Assembly: GCA_963770085.1 (NCBI GenBank) | Contig: CAVYOH010000001.1 | Span: forward strand, 528,164-592,163 | DNA from: Terriglobia bacterium | Lineage (GTDB): Bacteria; Acidobacteriota; Terriglobia; Terriglobales; Acidobacteriaceae | Direction: 5' to 3' | DNA length: 64,000 nt | In this document: positions 27,767 through 36,208 of the stretch, piece by piece | How positions within the stretch are numbered: position 1 is the stretch's first letter | Layout: every line of letters starts with the position of its first letter | Program-made: the position numbers and the translations under genes | The notes under the pieces: model-generated | The model's database searches: none | Told to the model about the DNA's origin: nothing | The model's input: the letters and a program-made list of their open reading frames with translations, nothing else

Positions 27767-27792
27767 TCCGTCAGGACTGAGAGACAGAAATG

Positions 27793-28659
27793 TTAGTCAG
27801 CGCCAGACGTTTTGCGTCCGCGTTTCGGCTTGGCTGCCGCCTCATCGATGGCCTCAGTTTCGCCTGACGTCTCACGCACGGAACGCGGCGGCTTCTTGCC
27901 TTCGGCCAGACTCATCTTCAAGGCTTCCAGAATATCGATGACTGGGGCTTTATGCGCCGGCGTTACCGTTTCCACAATCTCTTTGCCTTCGATTTTGGCC
28001 TGGATCATGGACATGAGATTGTCGCGATAGTTGTCTTTGTATTTGTCAGGTTCGAAGGAGGCCAGCAGGGAATCGATGAGCATTTTGGCAAGAGCCAATT
28101 CCTTGTCCTGGATGGCGCTGGTGTCAGTGCGGAATTCTTCCACCTGGCGAATTTCGTCCTTGTAATACATGGTGTGCAGCAGGATGCCCCGCGCGCCGGG
28201 CCGCAGAATCACAATATGTTCGCGATTGTGCATGGCAATCTTGGCTACGCCCACACATTGGCTCTGCTTCAAGGCTTCGAAAAGCAGAGCGTAGGGCTTC
28301 TCGCCGGCTTCGTCGGGAGCCAGATAGTAGGAGGCGTCAAAGTAGATGGGATCGACCTCAGTAGTCTTTACAAACTCCAGGACTTCCATGGTCTTGGCAG
28401 TTTTGGGCGCGACCTTCTTGATCTCTTCGTCCTCGACAACAACGTACTTGTCTTTCTCGTACTCGTACCCTTTTACAATGTCACTGCGTGAGATGGGCTT
28501 GTCTTCCGCCTGGCAATACAGGACTTGTTTTACGCGCGAATTGTCGGCCTTATGCAACTGATTGAAGCTCACGCTTTCACTGCGGGCCGCGCTGTACAAT
28601 TTCACTGGCAAAGAGAGCAAACCAAAAGTCAGGTGTCCCTTCCAAACGGTGCTGGCCAT
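27793..28659 (-). CDS. ku: Ku protein (NHEJ DNA end-binding)
   Basis: N-terminus MASTVWKGHLTFGLLSLPVKLYSA is the bacterial Ku signature. Basic C-terminal tail. Confidence 0.9.
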   Translation of the reverse strand: MASTVWKGHLTFGLLSLPVKLYSAARSESVSFNQLHKADNSRVKQVLYCQAEDKPISRSDIVKGYEYEKDKYVVVEDEEIKKVAPKTAKTMEVLEFVKTTEVDPIYFDASYYLAPDEAGEKPYALLFEALKQSQCVGVAKIAMHNREHIVILRPGARGILLHTMYYKDEIRQVEEFRTDTSAIQDKELALAKMLIDSLLASFEPDKYKDNYRDNLMSMIQAKIEGKEIVETVTPAHKAPVIDILEALKMSLAEGKKPPRSVRETSGETEAIDEAAAKPKRGRKTSGAD

Positions 28660-28734
28660 ATCAATGTCTCCAAAAATCGGGCGAGTCTACGTGTTTAGCA
28701 CAAAAAATAGTGCATTACAATCACCGGTAGGACC

Positions 28735-31233
28735 ATGTCACTAGAAGAGTACCGAAGAAAACGCGTATTTTCCCGCACCCCGGAACCGCCGCCTGAACTG
28801 GCTAAGACCCCGGGCAAGCGGTTTTTCATACAGCGCCACTCTGCCCGCCGGCTTCACTACGATCTGCGGCTTGAAATGGACGGTGTATTGAAATCATGGG
28901 CCTTGCCGCAGGGGCCTACGCTTGACCCTGAAATGAAGCGACTGGCGGTGCATGTGGAAGACCATCCGCTGGATTATGGCGATTTTGAAGGCACCATTCC
29001 CAGCGGCAATTACGGCGCCGGGAACGTTACCTTGTGGGACCGAGGCACGTATGAATGGCTGGGAGACCGGCCGCCGGAGGCGCAGTGGGAGAAAGGCGAT
29101 CTCAAATTGCTCTTTCATGGCCACAAATTAACGGGGGAATTCGCGCTGGTCAGGACGAATCGGAACAAGGGCAAAGACTGGCTGCTGATCAAGAAGAAAG
29201 ACTTCGCCGTGCGGCCAGGTTGGGACCCCGAGTCAGATACACGGAGTATGCTTCAGACGCCGGCAGATCTCTCGTCCATTGAGGGTGCGGCCAGGGAAGC
29301 CATGCCGTCGAAGATCGAGCCGATGTTGGCCACGCTTCAAAACGACGTGCCTGAGGGATCCGATTGGCTCTACGAGATTAAATGGGATGGCTATCGCGCT
29401 ATCTGCTTTCTTGAGGGCGGGAAAGTACGCATGGCTTCGCGACGCGGGAACGCGATGGAGAACCAGTTTCCTGAGATCGCGAAGGAACTTGGCCAAAGCG
29501 TGAAGGCAGAGAACGCAATCCTGGATGGAGAAGTGGTTGCGCTGGACGAAAACGGGTCGCCCAGCTTTCAGCTTTTGCAAAACCACGTCGGGTTCAGGAA
29601 AGCGGCTTCTCTTCGTGGCGAGAAGCCGCAGACGCTCATGTTCTACGCTTTCGACCTGCTCTACATGAATGGCTTTGATCTGCGACGTGCGGCGCTTATC
29701 GACAGGCGCAGGCTGCTATCATCCATCATCCTTCCCGGCGAAATCATTCGCTACTCCGAACACTTTGTAGGAAGAGGCCAGGAGTTGCGGGATGCGGCCC
29801 AGGAAAAAGGGCTGGAGGGCATCGTCGCCAAGCAGGCGCAGAGCCGCTACATATCCAAGCGGAGCACAGACTGGATCAAGCTCAAGACCACAACCCAGCA
29901 GGACTTCGTCATCTGCGGATACATTCTTGGAGAACGTGAACCCTTTGGTTCACTTGTACTGGGCTATCACAAAGGAAAAAAACTGGTTTATGCAGGTAAC
30001 GTGGGCTCTGGCTTTAACCAGCAGACGTTGAAGTCGACGTACGAGAAGATGGAACCGCTGGTAACTAAAAAGCCAGTTTTAAGCGACGTCCCAAAAGAGA
30101 TTGGAGCGGTGACCTGGGTGAAACCGGAGCTGGTCTGCGTGGTGAAATTCAATGCCTGGACCGCCGACGAGAGGCTGCGTGCCCCGGTATTTATCGGTTT
30201 GCGAATGGATGGAAATCCGGACGAAGTAGTGCGCGAAACGGCAGAGCCTGCAACCGCTGAAGCCAAGGCCAAGCCACAAGGTGAGAAAGAGCGCACGCCT
30301 TTGCTGTCCGCGGAGGCTACCGAACAGAGTCTGACCATTGAGGGCAGGCGACTCAAATTCACGAACCTGAAGAAAGTCTTCTACCCGGCTGAAGGCTACA
30401 CCAAGCGCGATCTGATCAACTTCTATGCTGCGGTCTCAGATCTGCTGGTGCCGCATCTCAAGTCGCGGCCGCTTTCGTTGAAACGGTATCCTAACGGTAT
30501 TGATTCTGACTTCTTCTTTCAGAAGGAAGCCGCCACCAGCTTTCCCGACTGGCTGCACACGGAATTGATCGCCACCGACGAAACGTCCAAGACGCGGTTT
30601 GTGATTTGTGATGACAAAGCGTCACTGCTGTATCTGGCCAATCTGGGATGTATTGATCAGAATCCATGGATGAGCCGGCTGGGCTCGCTGGAAAATCCTG
30701 ACTTCATCCTGCTGGACCTGGATCCCTATCATTGCGGCTACGATCGCATTGTGGAGGCGGCAAGGCTTGTGAAAGGGAAGCTGGACCTGATCGGATTGAA
30801 GGGATATCCCAAGACCACTGGCGGTGACGGCATGCATATCTACGTGCCGCTGGAGCCGCAATACAGTTATGCTCAGGCCCGCACTTTCGCGGAAATACTC
30901 TCGCGCTGGGTAACGGCAGAACGTGCTGATCTCTTTACCACTCCGCGCAATGTATCCGCACGCGAGAAGGGGAAAGTTTATTTTGACTATCTGCAGATCG
31001 CAGAGGGCAAGACCATTTCTGCTCCGTACGTGCTCCGGGCAAATCCTGGTGCGCCGGTAGCAACGCCGCTGGACTGGGATGAAGTGCGTCCGGGATTGAC
31101 GCCGCTGCAATTTCACATCGGCAACGTAATGAGGCGGTTTGACCGAGTGGGTGATCTTTTCAGCGCCGTGCTGAACAAGCCGCAAGAGATTGAGCCGGCA
31201 CTGGAAAAATTAAGCAAGTTGATGGGAGCGTGA
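28735..31233 (+). CDS. ligD: ATP-dependent DNA ligase D (phosphoesterase-ligase-polymerase)
   Basis: PE domain (RRLHYDLRLE), ligase adenylation motif YEIKWDGYR, C-terminal primase-polymerase domain (GGDGMHIYVPL). Divergent from ku. Confidence 0.9.
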   Translation: MSLEEYRRKRVFSRTPEPPPELAKTPGKRFFIQRHSARRLHYDLRLEMDGVLKSWALPQGPTLDPEMKRLAVHVEDHPLDYGDFEGTIPSGNYGAGNVTLWDRGTYEWLGDRPPEAQWEKGDLKLLFHGHKLTGEFALVRTNRNKGKDWLLIKKKDFAVRPGWDPESDTRSMLQTPADLSSIEGAAREAMPSKIEPMLATLQNDVPEGSDWLYEIKWDGYRAICFLEGGKVRMASRRGNAMENQFPEIAKELGQSVKAENAILDGEVVALDENGSPSFQLLQNHVGFRKAASLRGEKPQTLMFYAFDLLYMNGFDLRRAALIDRRRLLSSIILPGEIIRYSEHFVGRGQELRDAAQEKGLEGIVAKQAQSRYISKRSTDWIKLKTTTQQDFVICGYILGEREPFGSLVLGYHKGKKLVYAGNVGSGFNQQTLKSTYEKMEPLVTKKPVLSDVPKEIGAVTWVKPELVCVVKFNAWTADERLRAPVFIGLRMDGNPDEVVRETAEPATAEAKAKPQGEKERTPLLSAEATEQSLTIEGRRLKFTNLKKVFYPAEGYTKRDLINFYAAVSDLLVPHLKSRPLSLKRYPNGIDSDFFFQKEAATSFPDWLHTELIATDETSKTRFVICDDKASLLYLANLGCIDQNPWMSRLGSLENPDFILLDLDPYHCGYDRIVEAARLVKGKLDLIGLKGYPKTTGGDGMHIYVPLEPQYSYAQARTFAEILSRWVTAERADLFTTPRNVSAREKGKVYFDYLQIAEGKTISAPYVLRANPGAPVATPLDWDEVRPGLTPLQFHIGNVMRRFDRVGDLFSAVLNKPQEIEPALEKLSKLMGA

Positions 31234-31263
31234 AGGAAACCTGACGTGCTCAATGCCAAGACT

Positions 31264-33249
31264 TCAATAGTTCAAGTTGAAGTCCAGCAGGTTCCAGTAG
31301 ATTGAAATCCACACGAAGCCGATGCAGGAGGCCAAAACCATCAAGTTCCAGGCCTTGGACCACCACCACATGGTGCGGTCGCGCCAGGAGCGAACAACGC
31401 CGATAAAAACCAGAACAACGCCGGCCGCGCCCAGCACTCCTACCGCCTGAAGCAGGTGAATCTTCAGATCAGATTTTTCGCTGAGACCGCCCGGGTCATC
31501 GCCGGAGAGAGCCAGCAGCATTCCGAACGCAAAGATCAGATTGAGCGCGCACACCAGCCGGATCCAGAGACGGCTTTGCCTGGTTGGCTCATCCATTTCC
31601 AGACGATGGTGGTAGTGGCGGCGCACCAGCGCGCCGGCAGGCCAAAGGAGCAGTGTGAGTGCCATGACGGAAAGACAGACAACAGTGATGGTCTGGTTGA
31701 GCACGCCATTGTTCGCCAAAGTTGCACGCTGAAAAACCATGGCAGGGAAGTTCGGCACCATCTGAAGCTTGTTGGCAGAGTCTCTGCGGAAAGCGATGAG
31801 TTCCTGTCCATTCGCCGCGCGATAAAGAAGCGGCCCCACTTCATTCCAGGTTTTCGCCTCTCCATTGAAGTCCTTGATGGGATCAATGGTGAGATTGCCA
31901 TCCGCATCTGCCTTGACGTTGCCCTGGCTGAGCATATTGCCAACTCTGAGGAAATTGCTTTCCGATCGACGGGAGGTTATGTAATGTCCTGTAACCGATC
32001 TTCCGTCCTGAACGGCGCTGGGCAGCTTTTCCGCGACCGGTGGCTTATAGGGGAAGTAGCGATCCAAAAAATGGTTCCACAACGCGGTGCGTGGACTGAT
32101 TTCACCTTTTCCACGGCTGTTATACGAGACAAAGAAACCAACACCAGAATCCAGAATAAGATGCAGGTCACTGTGGAAGAAGACGGTATCGCCGCCGTGG
32201 CCGATAATCCTGTGGCCATTGCGCGTCTCTTCATAAAATCCCAGGCACATACCGTTGAGCGCCTGATGCAGCCCGAACTGGCGTGAATGCATGGTCTTTG
32301 CGGTTTCGGGGCGAAGGATCTGAGCATCATTGAACTTGCCATCCTGCAGATGCGCGATCATGAAATTTGCCAAATCGGCAGCGGCAGCCGAAAGCGCTCC
32401 CGCGGGCGCTTCCTCAATGATTTCGAATGGCTTGGGCTTGCCTGAACCCACAATGTACCCATTCGACATCAGTGGCTTCAGGTCGGGCGGCAGAGGCTGG
32501 GCGAAGGTGGAACGAGCCATGGCCAACGGAGTAAAGATATTCTCGCTTACATACTGATTGAACGGTTTGCCGGAGACGCGCTCAACAATGTACCCGGCAA
32601 GCGATGCACCGTAGTTGGAATACGCGGGCGTTGTGCCGGAAGGATAAATACGCTCCGGCATATGCGCCGTGAGGTGCTCCCGCAGGCTCGCGATCGGCGC
32701 TCCCTCTGAGTTGATCAGGTCCTTAATCTGTTCCTCGAAGCCGGCCGTATGCGTCATCAGGTGACGCAGCGTAATTGGTTGGGGAAAGGTGGCGGGTATC
32801 TTGAAATCCAGATAGGTGTTGATGTCGCGATCAAGATCAAGCTTATTTTGTTCCACCAACTGCATCACCGCAGTCCAGGTAAACAGCTTGGAAATGGACC
32901 CGGGCCGGAAGAGCGTGCTGTCCGCCGATACAGGAGTTTTCTTTTCCACATCGCTATATCCATAGCCACGGGAAAAAAGAACTTTGCCATCCTTCACCAC
33001 GACCACCACCGCACCGGCTACGTTTTCCCGTTCCAACTGCATGGGGAGAAAGCCATCGAGAAAAGCTTCAACATCCGTGGCGGTCATTTCATGAGGCGTT
33101 TCTGCTACTTTGGTCTCGCCGACAACGGGTTGTTTTGGCGCCGGCGAAGCGGGATTTTCCTGCGGTTGCTGAGCCGGGCTGGCAACAACGCAGATCAGCA
33201 GAGTTGCAAGGAAAGTAAAGATTGCTGCAGTACGATTCTTTTTGGCCAA
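31264..33249 (-). CDS. serine hydrolase (beta-lactamase/PBP family) with C-terminal membrane domain
   Basis: Signal peptide. SxxK motif GSISKLFT. About 150 aa of C-terminal TM helices. Confidence 0.8.
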   Translation of the reverse strand: MAKKNRTAAIFTFLATLLICVVASPAQQPQENPASPAPKQPVVGETKVAETPHEMTATDVEAFLDGFLPMQLERENVAGAVVVVVKDGKVLFSRGYGYSDVEKKTPVSADSTLFRPGSISKLFTWTAVMQLVEQNKLDLDRDINTYLDFKIPATFPQPITLRHLMTHTAGFEEQIKDLINSEGAPIASLREHLTAHMPERIYPSGTTPAYSNYGASLAGYIVERVSGKPFNQYVSENIFTPLAMARSTFAQPLPPDLKPLMSNGYIVGSGKPKPFEIIEEAPAGALSAAAADLANFMIAHLQDGKFNDAQILRPETAKTMHSRQFGLHQALNGMCLGFYEETRNGHRIIGHGGDTVFFHSDLHLILDSGVGFFVSYNSRGKGEISPRTALWNHFLDRYFPYKPPVAEKLPSAVQDGRSVTGHYITSRRSESNFLRVGNMLSQGNVKADADGNLTIDPIKDFNGEAKTWNEVGPLLYRAANGQELIAFRRDSANKLQMVPNFPAMVFQRATLANNGVLNQTITVVCLSVMALTLLLWPAGALVRRHYHHRLEMDEPTRQSRLWIRLVCALNLIFAFGMLLALSGDDPGGLSEKSDLKIHLLQAVGVLGAAGVVLVFIGVVRSWRDRTMWWWSKAWNLMVLASCIGFVWISIYWNLLDFNLNY

Positions 33250-33346
33250 AGAAGACTCTCACAAGGATTAAGGTGTGGTGGAAGAACGCAAAAGGATAAC
33301 ACGGAGAGTTGCAGATGTGATTAGAGCTTTTTAATCAGCTCGCAGC

Positions 33347-33393
33347 AGTATGACTTGCAGAGATGTGACTTGCAGGGGTGTGACTTGCAAAGA
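33347..33393. repeat. 3 x 15-bp tandem direct repeat (core TGACTTGCA)
   Basis: TGACTTGCA at 33351, 33366 and 33381. Lies 100-140 bp upstream of the serine-hydrolase start (33249, minus strand). Confidence 0.85.
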
Positions 33394-33470
33394 GATGAAC
33401 GCCAAGTTGCTCACCAATTTCCTCAGGCCCTTGGGAGCAGCAGGCCAGCGATGGGTGACAAAACGCAAGC

Positions 33471-33767
33471 CTACAGAATGGCTTGGCGACGGCGATGGCG
33501 ATCACGGCGAATGTCTGCCCGAAGAACGCGAATGGCATCCTTGTCGCGGCGGACACGGGCTTCGTCTTCATGAAGAAGGCCATGGCTGACATGATGGTGG
33601 CGATCAAAGGAGAGGCGGCTCTGGTCCTGCTGAAGCTGCCATTGAAAGCGCTGCAACTGTTGTTCGTCAGCGCGGACATCTCGAGACGATCCGGCCTGGC
33701 CAAAAGCCAGGGGAACTGACAGCAGCCCGGTTATTAAAACCAGATAGAAGCCATTGCGCATAGGCAT
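33471..33767 (-). CDS. small secreted R/D/Q-rich hypothetical protein
   Basis: From ATG 33767: MPMRNGFYLVLITGLLSVPLAFGQ signal peptide, then a charged helical region. Competes with the overlapping ORF 33335..33703, which lacks any such features. Confidence 0.35.
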   Translation of the reverse strand: MPMRNGFYLVLITGLLSVPLAFGQAGSSRDVRADEQQLQRFQWQLQQDQSRLSFDRHHHVSHGLLHEDEARVRRDKDAIRVLRADIRRDRHRRRQAIL

Positions 33768-33962
33768 GTCCCATCCAGAGTACCCGCAACTTTTAACACA
33801 GTTTTGGGCCAAAGTTGCGGAAATATTTGCTGGGCAGGAGGAGCGTGCGCAAGAGCAGGTAGCCCGGCTTTTCCCCGCCTTAACTCCGGGCGCAATAACA
33901 GCTTGCGCGTCCTACAGTTCCTGCCAGCTTTCGGGTTGATCGCTCTCCTGAAGCAGGCAGAG

Positions 33963-34908
33963 GCCGGATGTCACAGGATGACGCTTGCGCTGCCGTTTGT
34001 TCAAGGCGTATATTGCTGCAATCCAGCCATTGCATCCGGCAATCATTGTTCCGGACAAAGTTTCCAGACTTTCAAAATTACGCGCTTTCGTGCGCAAGCG
34101 ATTCCCGTTGTGCCACAGGAGTGCTCGTGCGGGGCGCGCCAGGAAGAACAACAGGATTTTCGTGCGAACAAAATCGCAAAGGCAATGAACAGCATCTCAT
34201 TTTGGAACAGTATGGAGAGCAGCTACATTGAACTCGACCAAATGGATATACATAGCTGCTTTACACCTGTCAGTTGTGACAGTCACAACGAAAGTTTTCT
34301 TATGTTCGATGCCTGACATGTGAGGTACACTGCATTTACTCAGCAAGTCATGCAAGAAGTAGCCCAGCTCACGTTCAGCGCGTAAGTGTCTTTTTAGAGT
34401 AAAGGAAAACCTAAAGCTATGGGATCAATCTGCGATTCGGCTCAACACCGGCCCATCATGATCCCGAGCACCTGTGCGCACCGTGCTCGTCGTGGATGAC
34501 TTCGCACCTTTTCGCCGCCTCATCTGTTCCATGCTGGCCACCAGGCCACACTTGCAGGTAATTGGAGAAGCAGCGGATGGATTGGCAGCGGTCCAGAAAG
34601 TGCAGGAACTGCAGCCGGATTTGATCCTGCTTGACATCGGGCTGCCAACGCTCGATGGACTCGAGTGTGCCAGACGGATACGCTTTGTTTCTCCGCAATC
34701 CAAGATCATCTTCGTGAGCCAGGAATCTTCAGAAGATGTAGTTCAGGAGGCCTTAAAGCTGGCCTCGGCCTATGTTGTGAAAACGAAGATCGCAAGCGAA
34801 CTATTAACGGCTGCGGAATCAGTTTTTGCCGAGAATGCATTTTATTGGGACCATGTCGCCGATGTGGCCACGTGAGTGCCATGGCTGAAACGGCAATGCT
34901 GACGACCT
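33963..34908 (+). repeat. tandem duplication, copy A (leader plus REC gene)
   Basis: Aligns by eye with 34962..35897 at an offset of 987-999 nt. Shared blocks include CCGGATGTC.CA.GATGACGCTTG and GCATCTCATTTTGGAACAGT, plus the whole REC ORF. Confidence 0.85.
34474..34875 (+). CDS. receiver-only response regulator (NarL/FixJ-type REC, no output domain), paralog A
   Basis: GTG start. VLVVDDF, LILLDIGLP (phospho-acceptor Asp), IIFVSQ and YVVKTK motifs. 133 aa, with no HTH after the REC domain. Confidence 0.85.
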   Translation: MRTVLVVDDFAPFRRLICSMLATRPHLQVIGEAADGLAAVQKVQELQPDLILLDIGLPTLDGLECARRIRFVSPQSKIIFVSQESSEDVVQEALKLASAYVVKTKIASELLTAAESVFAENAFYWDHVADVAT

Positions 34909-34961
34909 GTTCGATTTCTTTACGATGAGGCTGAGGCGTGTCCCCCTCAATCGATTTTCCA

Positions 34962-35897
34962 GCCGGATGTCGCAAGATGACGCTTGTGATTGCTCTTTGT
35001 ACAAGGCGACAATCCAGCAAACCAGCCGTTGTGTCCGACAATCATGTTCGGAGAAGCCTAAAGACTTTCAAATGCTCTTTCGTGGGCAGTGTGTCCGCGT
35101 CTTTCCGCAGGAGTGCCCGGTGCATGGACAACAGGATTGCGTGCGAGCGAATCGCGAAGGTAATAAACGGCATCTCATTTTGGAACAGTTTGGCCAGCGG
35201 TTATGTTAGCTCCCATGACCACTGTCAGTTGTAACAGTACAAGCAGGTGCCGCATATGTCCGATAAATGACAGACAAGGCTACTGGCGAACGTTAAAGTA
35301 GACTTCGGGCGGCTGCCGTTGAGCCGGTAAGTAGTAGTTCGAGAGAGAGCCAAAATTCACGTTCTGGGCGTGGAGAATGGTTAAGAGTAACGGAAAATCT
35401 CGTCCCATGGAATCGACCGGCGATTCCGCCCAACCCCGGGCAGATAGATCCCGAGTACCTGTGCGCACCGTGCTCGTAGTGGAAGACTTCGCACCTTTTC
35501 GGCGGCTTATCTGTTCCATTCTGGCCACCAGAGCCCACCTGCAGGTAATTGGCGAAGCAGCGGATGGGTTGGAGGCGGTCCAGAAAGCGCAGGTACTGAA
35601 GCCGGATTTGATCCTGCTTGACATCGGACTGCCATCGCTCGATGGATTCGGGTGCGCCAGGCGGATACGCTCTCTCGCCCCGCAATCCAAGATCATCTTC
35701 GTGAGCCAGGAATCTTCCACGGAAGTGATACAGGAAGCTCTGAAGCTGGCCTCAGCCTATGTTGTAAAAACCAAGATCGCAAGCGAACTGTTAATTGCCG
35801 CAGAATCCGTTTTTGCCGGGAATGTATTTTTTGAGGACCATGTTGCCGACGCGGTCAGGTGAGTTACCTGTTTGAGACGGGCATGCTGCTGACGGCC
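34962..35897 (+). repeat. tandem duplication, copy B (leader plus REC gene)
   Basis: See copy A. The REC coding part is much better conserved than the roughly 500-nt leader part. Confidence 0.85.
35377..35862 (+). CDS. receiver-only response regulator, paralog B
   Basis: Same REC motifs (VLVVEDF, LILLDIGLP, IIFVSQ, YVVKTK). The start may instead be the GTG at 35461 that matches the paralog A start, or ATG 35407. Confidence 0.8.
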   Translation: MVKSNGKSRPMESTGDSAQPRADRSRVPVRTVLVVEDFAPFRRLICSILATRAHLQVIGEAADGLEAVQKAQVLKPDLILLDIGLPSLDGFGCARRIRSLAPQSKIIFVSQESSTEVIQEALKLASAYVVKTKIASELLIAAESVFAGNVFFEDHVADAVR

Positions 35898-35972
35898 CGG
35901 TGGAAACTATACCTCAGACCGAGCCCGCCTCCCGGTCTGGAAAGCAACCACTGGATTTCAGTCCGGCGAAAG

Positions 35973-36090
35973 CCACCTTACTTTCTTCCGCCCTTTTTTC
36001 TCTCTCTCTTCGCCTGCTCACTTCGATTCTGTCTCTCTTCGATTTCTCTCTCTCTTCGATCTTTTCCTTTCCTTTAGTCTTCACTCTTTG
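35973..36090 (+). repeat. strand-asymmetric polypyrimidine tract with CTTCGAT repeats
   Basis: About 118 nt, roughly 85 percent C/T on the plus strand by my count. CTTCGAT at 36021, 36037 and 36054 (spacing 16-17 nt), embedded in (CT)n runs. Confidence 0.85.
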
Positions 36091-36208
36091 GCCGCGAGAA
36101 AAGCACCGTTCCAAATCGGAACTATGAAGCAATCAGCTTCTTTCGAATCGTCGAGGTACTCTTAATAAATTCTTGCTTATTAAGGCAAGAGTGCTATATA
36201 TCTGTCCA

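Noticed and set aside
31456-32286. Plus-strand 276-aa ORF antisense to the serine-hydrolase gene.
   Set aside because: The opposite strand carries the SxxK hydrolase with a signal peptide. This ORF has no motif and atypical composition.
34267-34282. CTGT-N8-ACAG form of the palindrome read as a gammaproteobacterial-type LexA SOS box.
   Set aside because: The flanking genes are not SOS genes, and ku/ligD and the dinB-family gene lack the motif. As far as I recall, the published LexA box for an acidobacterium is of the GTTC-N7-GTTC type. Kept only as an unassigned palindrome.
33912-35045. Paired small minus-strand ORFs inside the duplicated leaders: MIAGCNGWIAAIYALNKRQRKRHPVTSG... (34046 down to 33912) and MIVGHNGWFAGLSPCTKSNHKRHLATSGWKID (35045 down to 34947).
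   Set aside because: About 14 of 28 residues are identical over the first 28 residues, roughly what about 70 percent nucleotide identity gives by chance. There is no Shine-Dalgarno sequence, the C-termini differ, and part of the match depends on compensating indels. Worth a ribosome-profiling look, but not supportable as a gene.
33804-35234. ORFs in the duplicated leaders (33804..34316 at 170 aa, 33968..34231, 33985..34188, 34925..35209, 34938..35234).
   Set aside because: The two duplication copies do not conserve start or stop codons or the protein sequence in any plus-strand frame. The ATG at 34186 is ATA in copy B. The products are Cys/Arg-rich.
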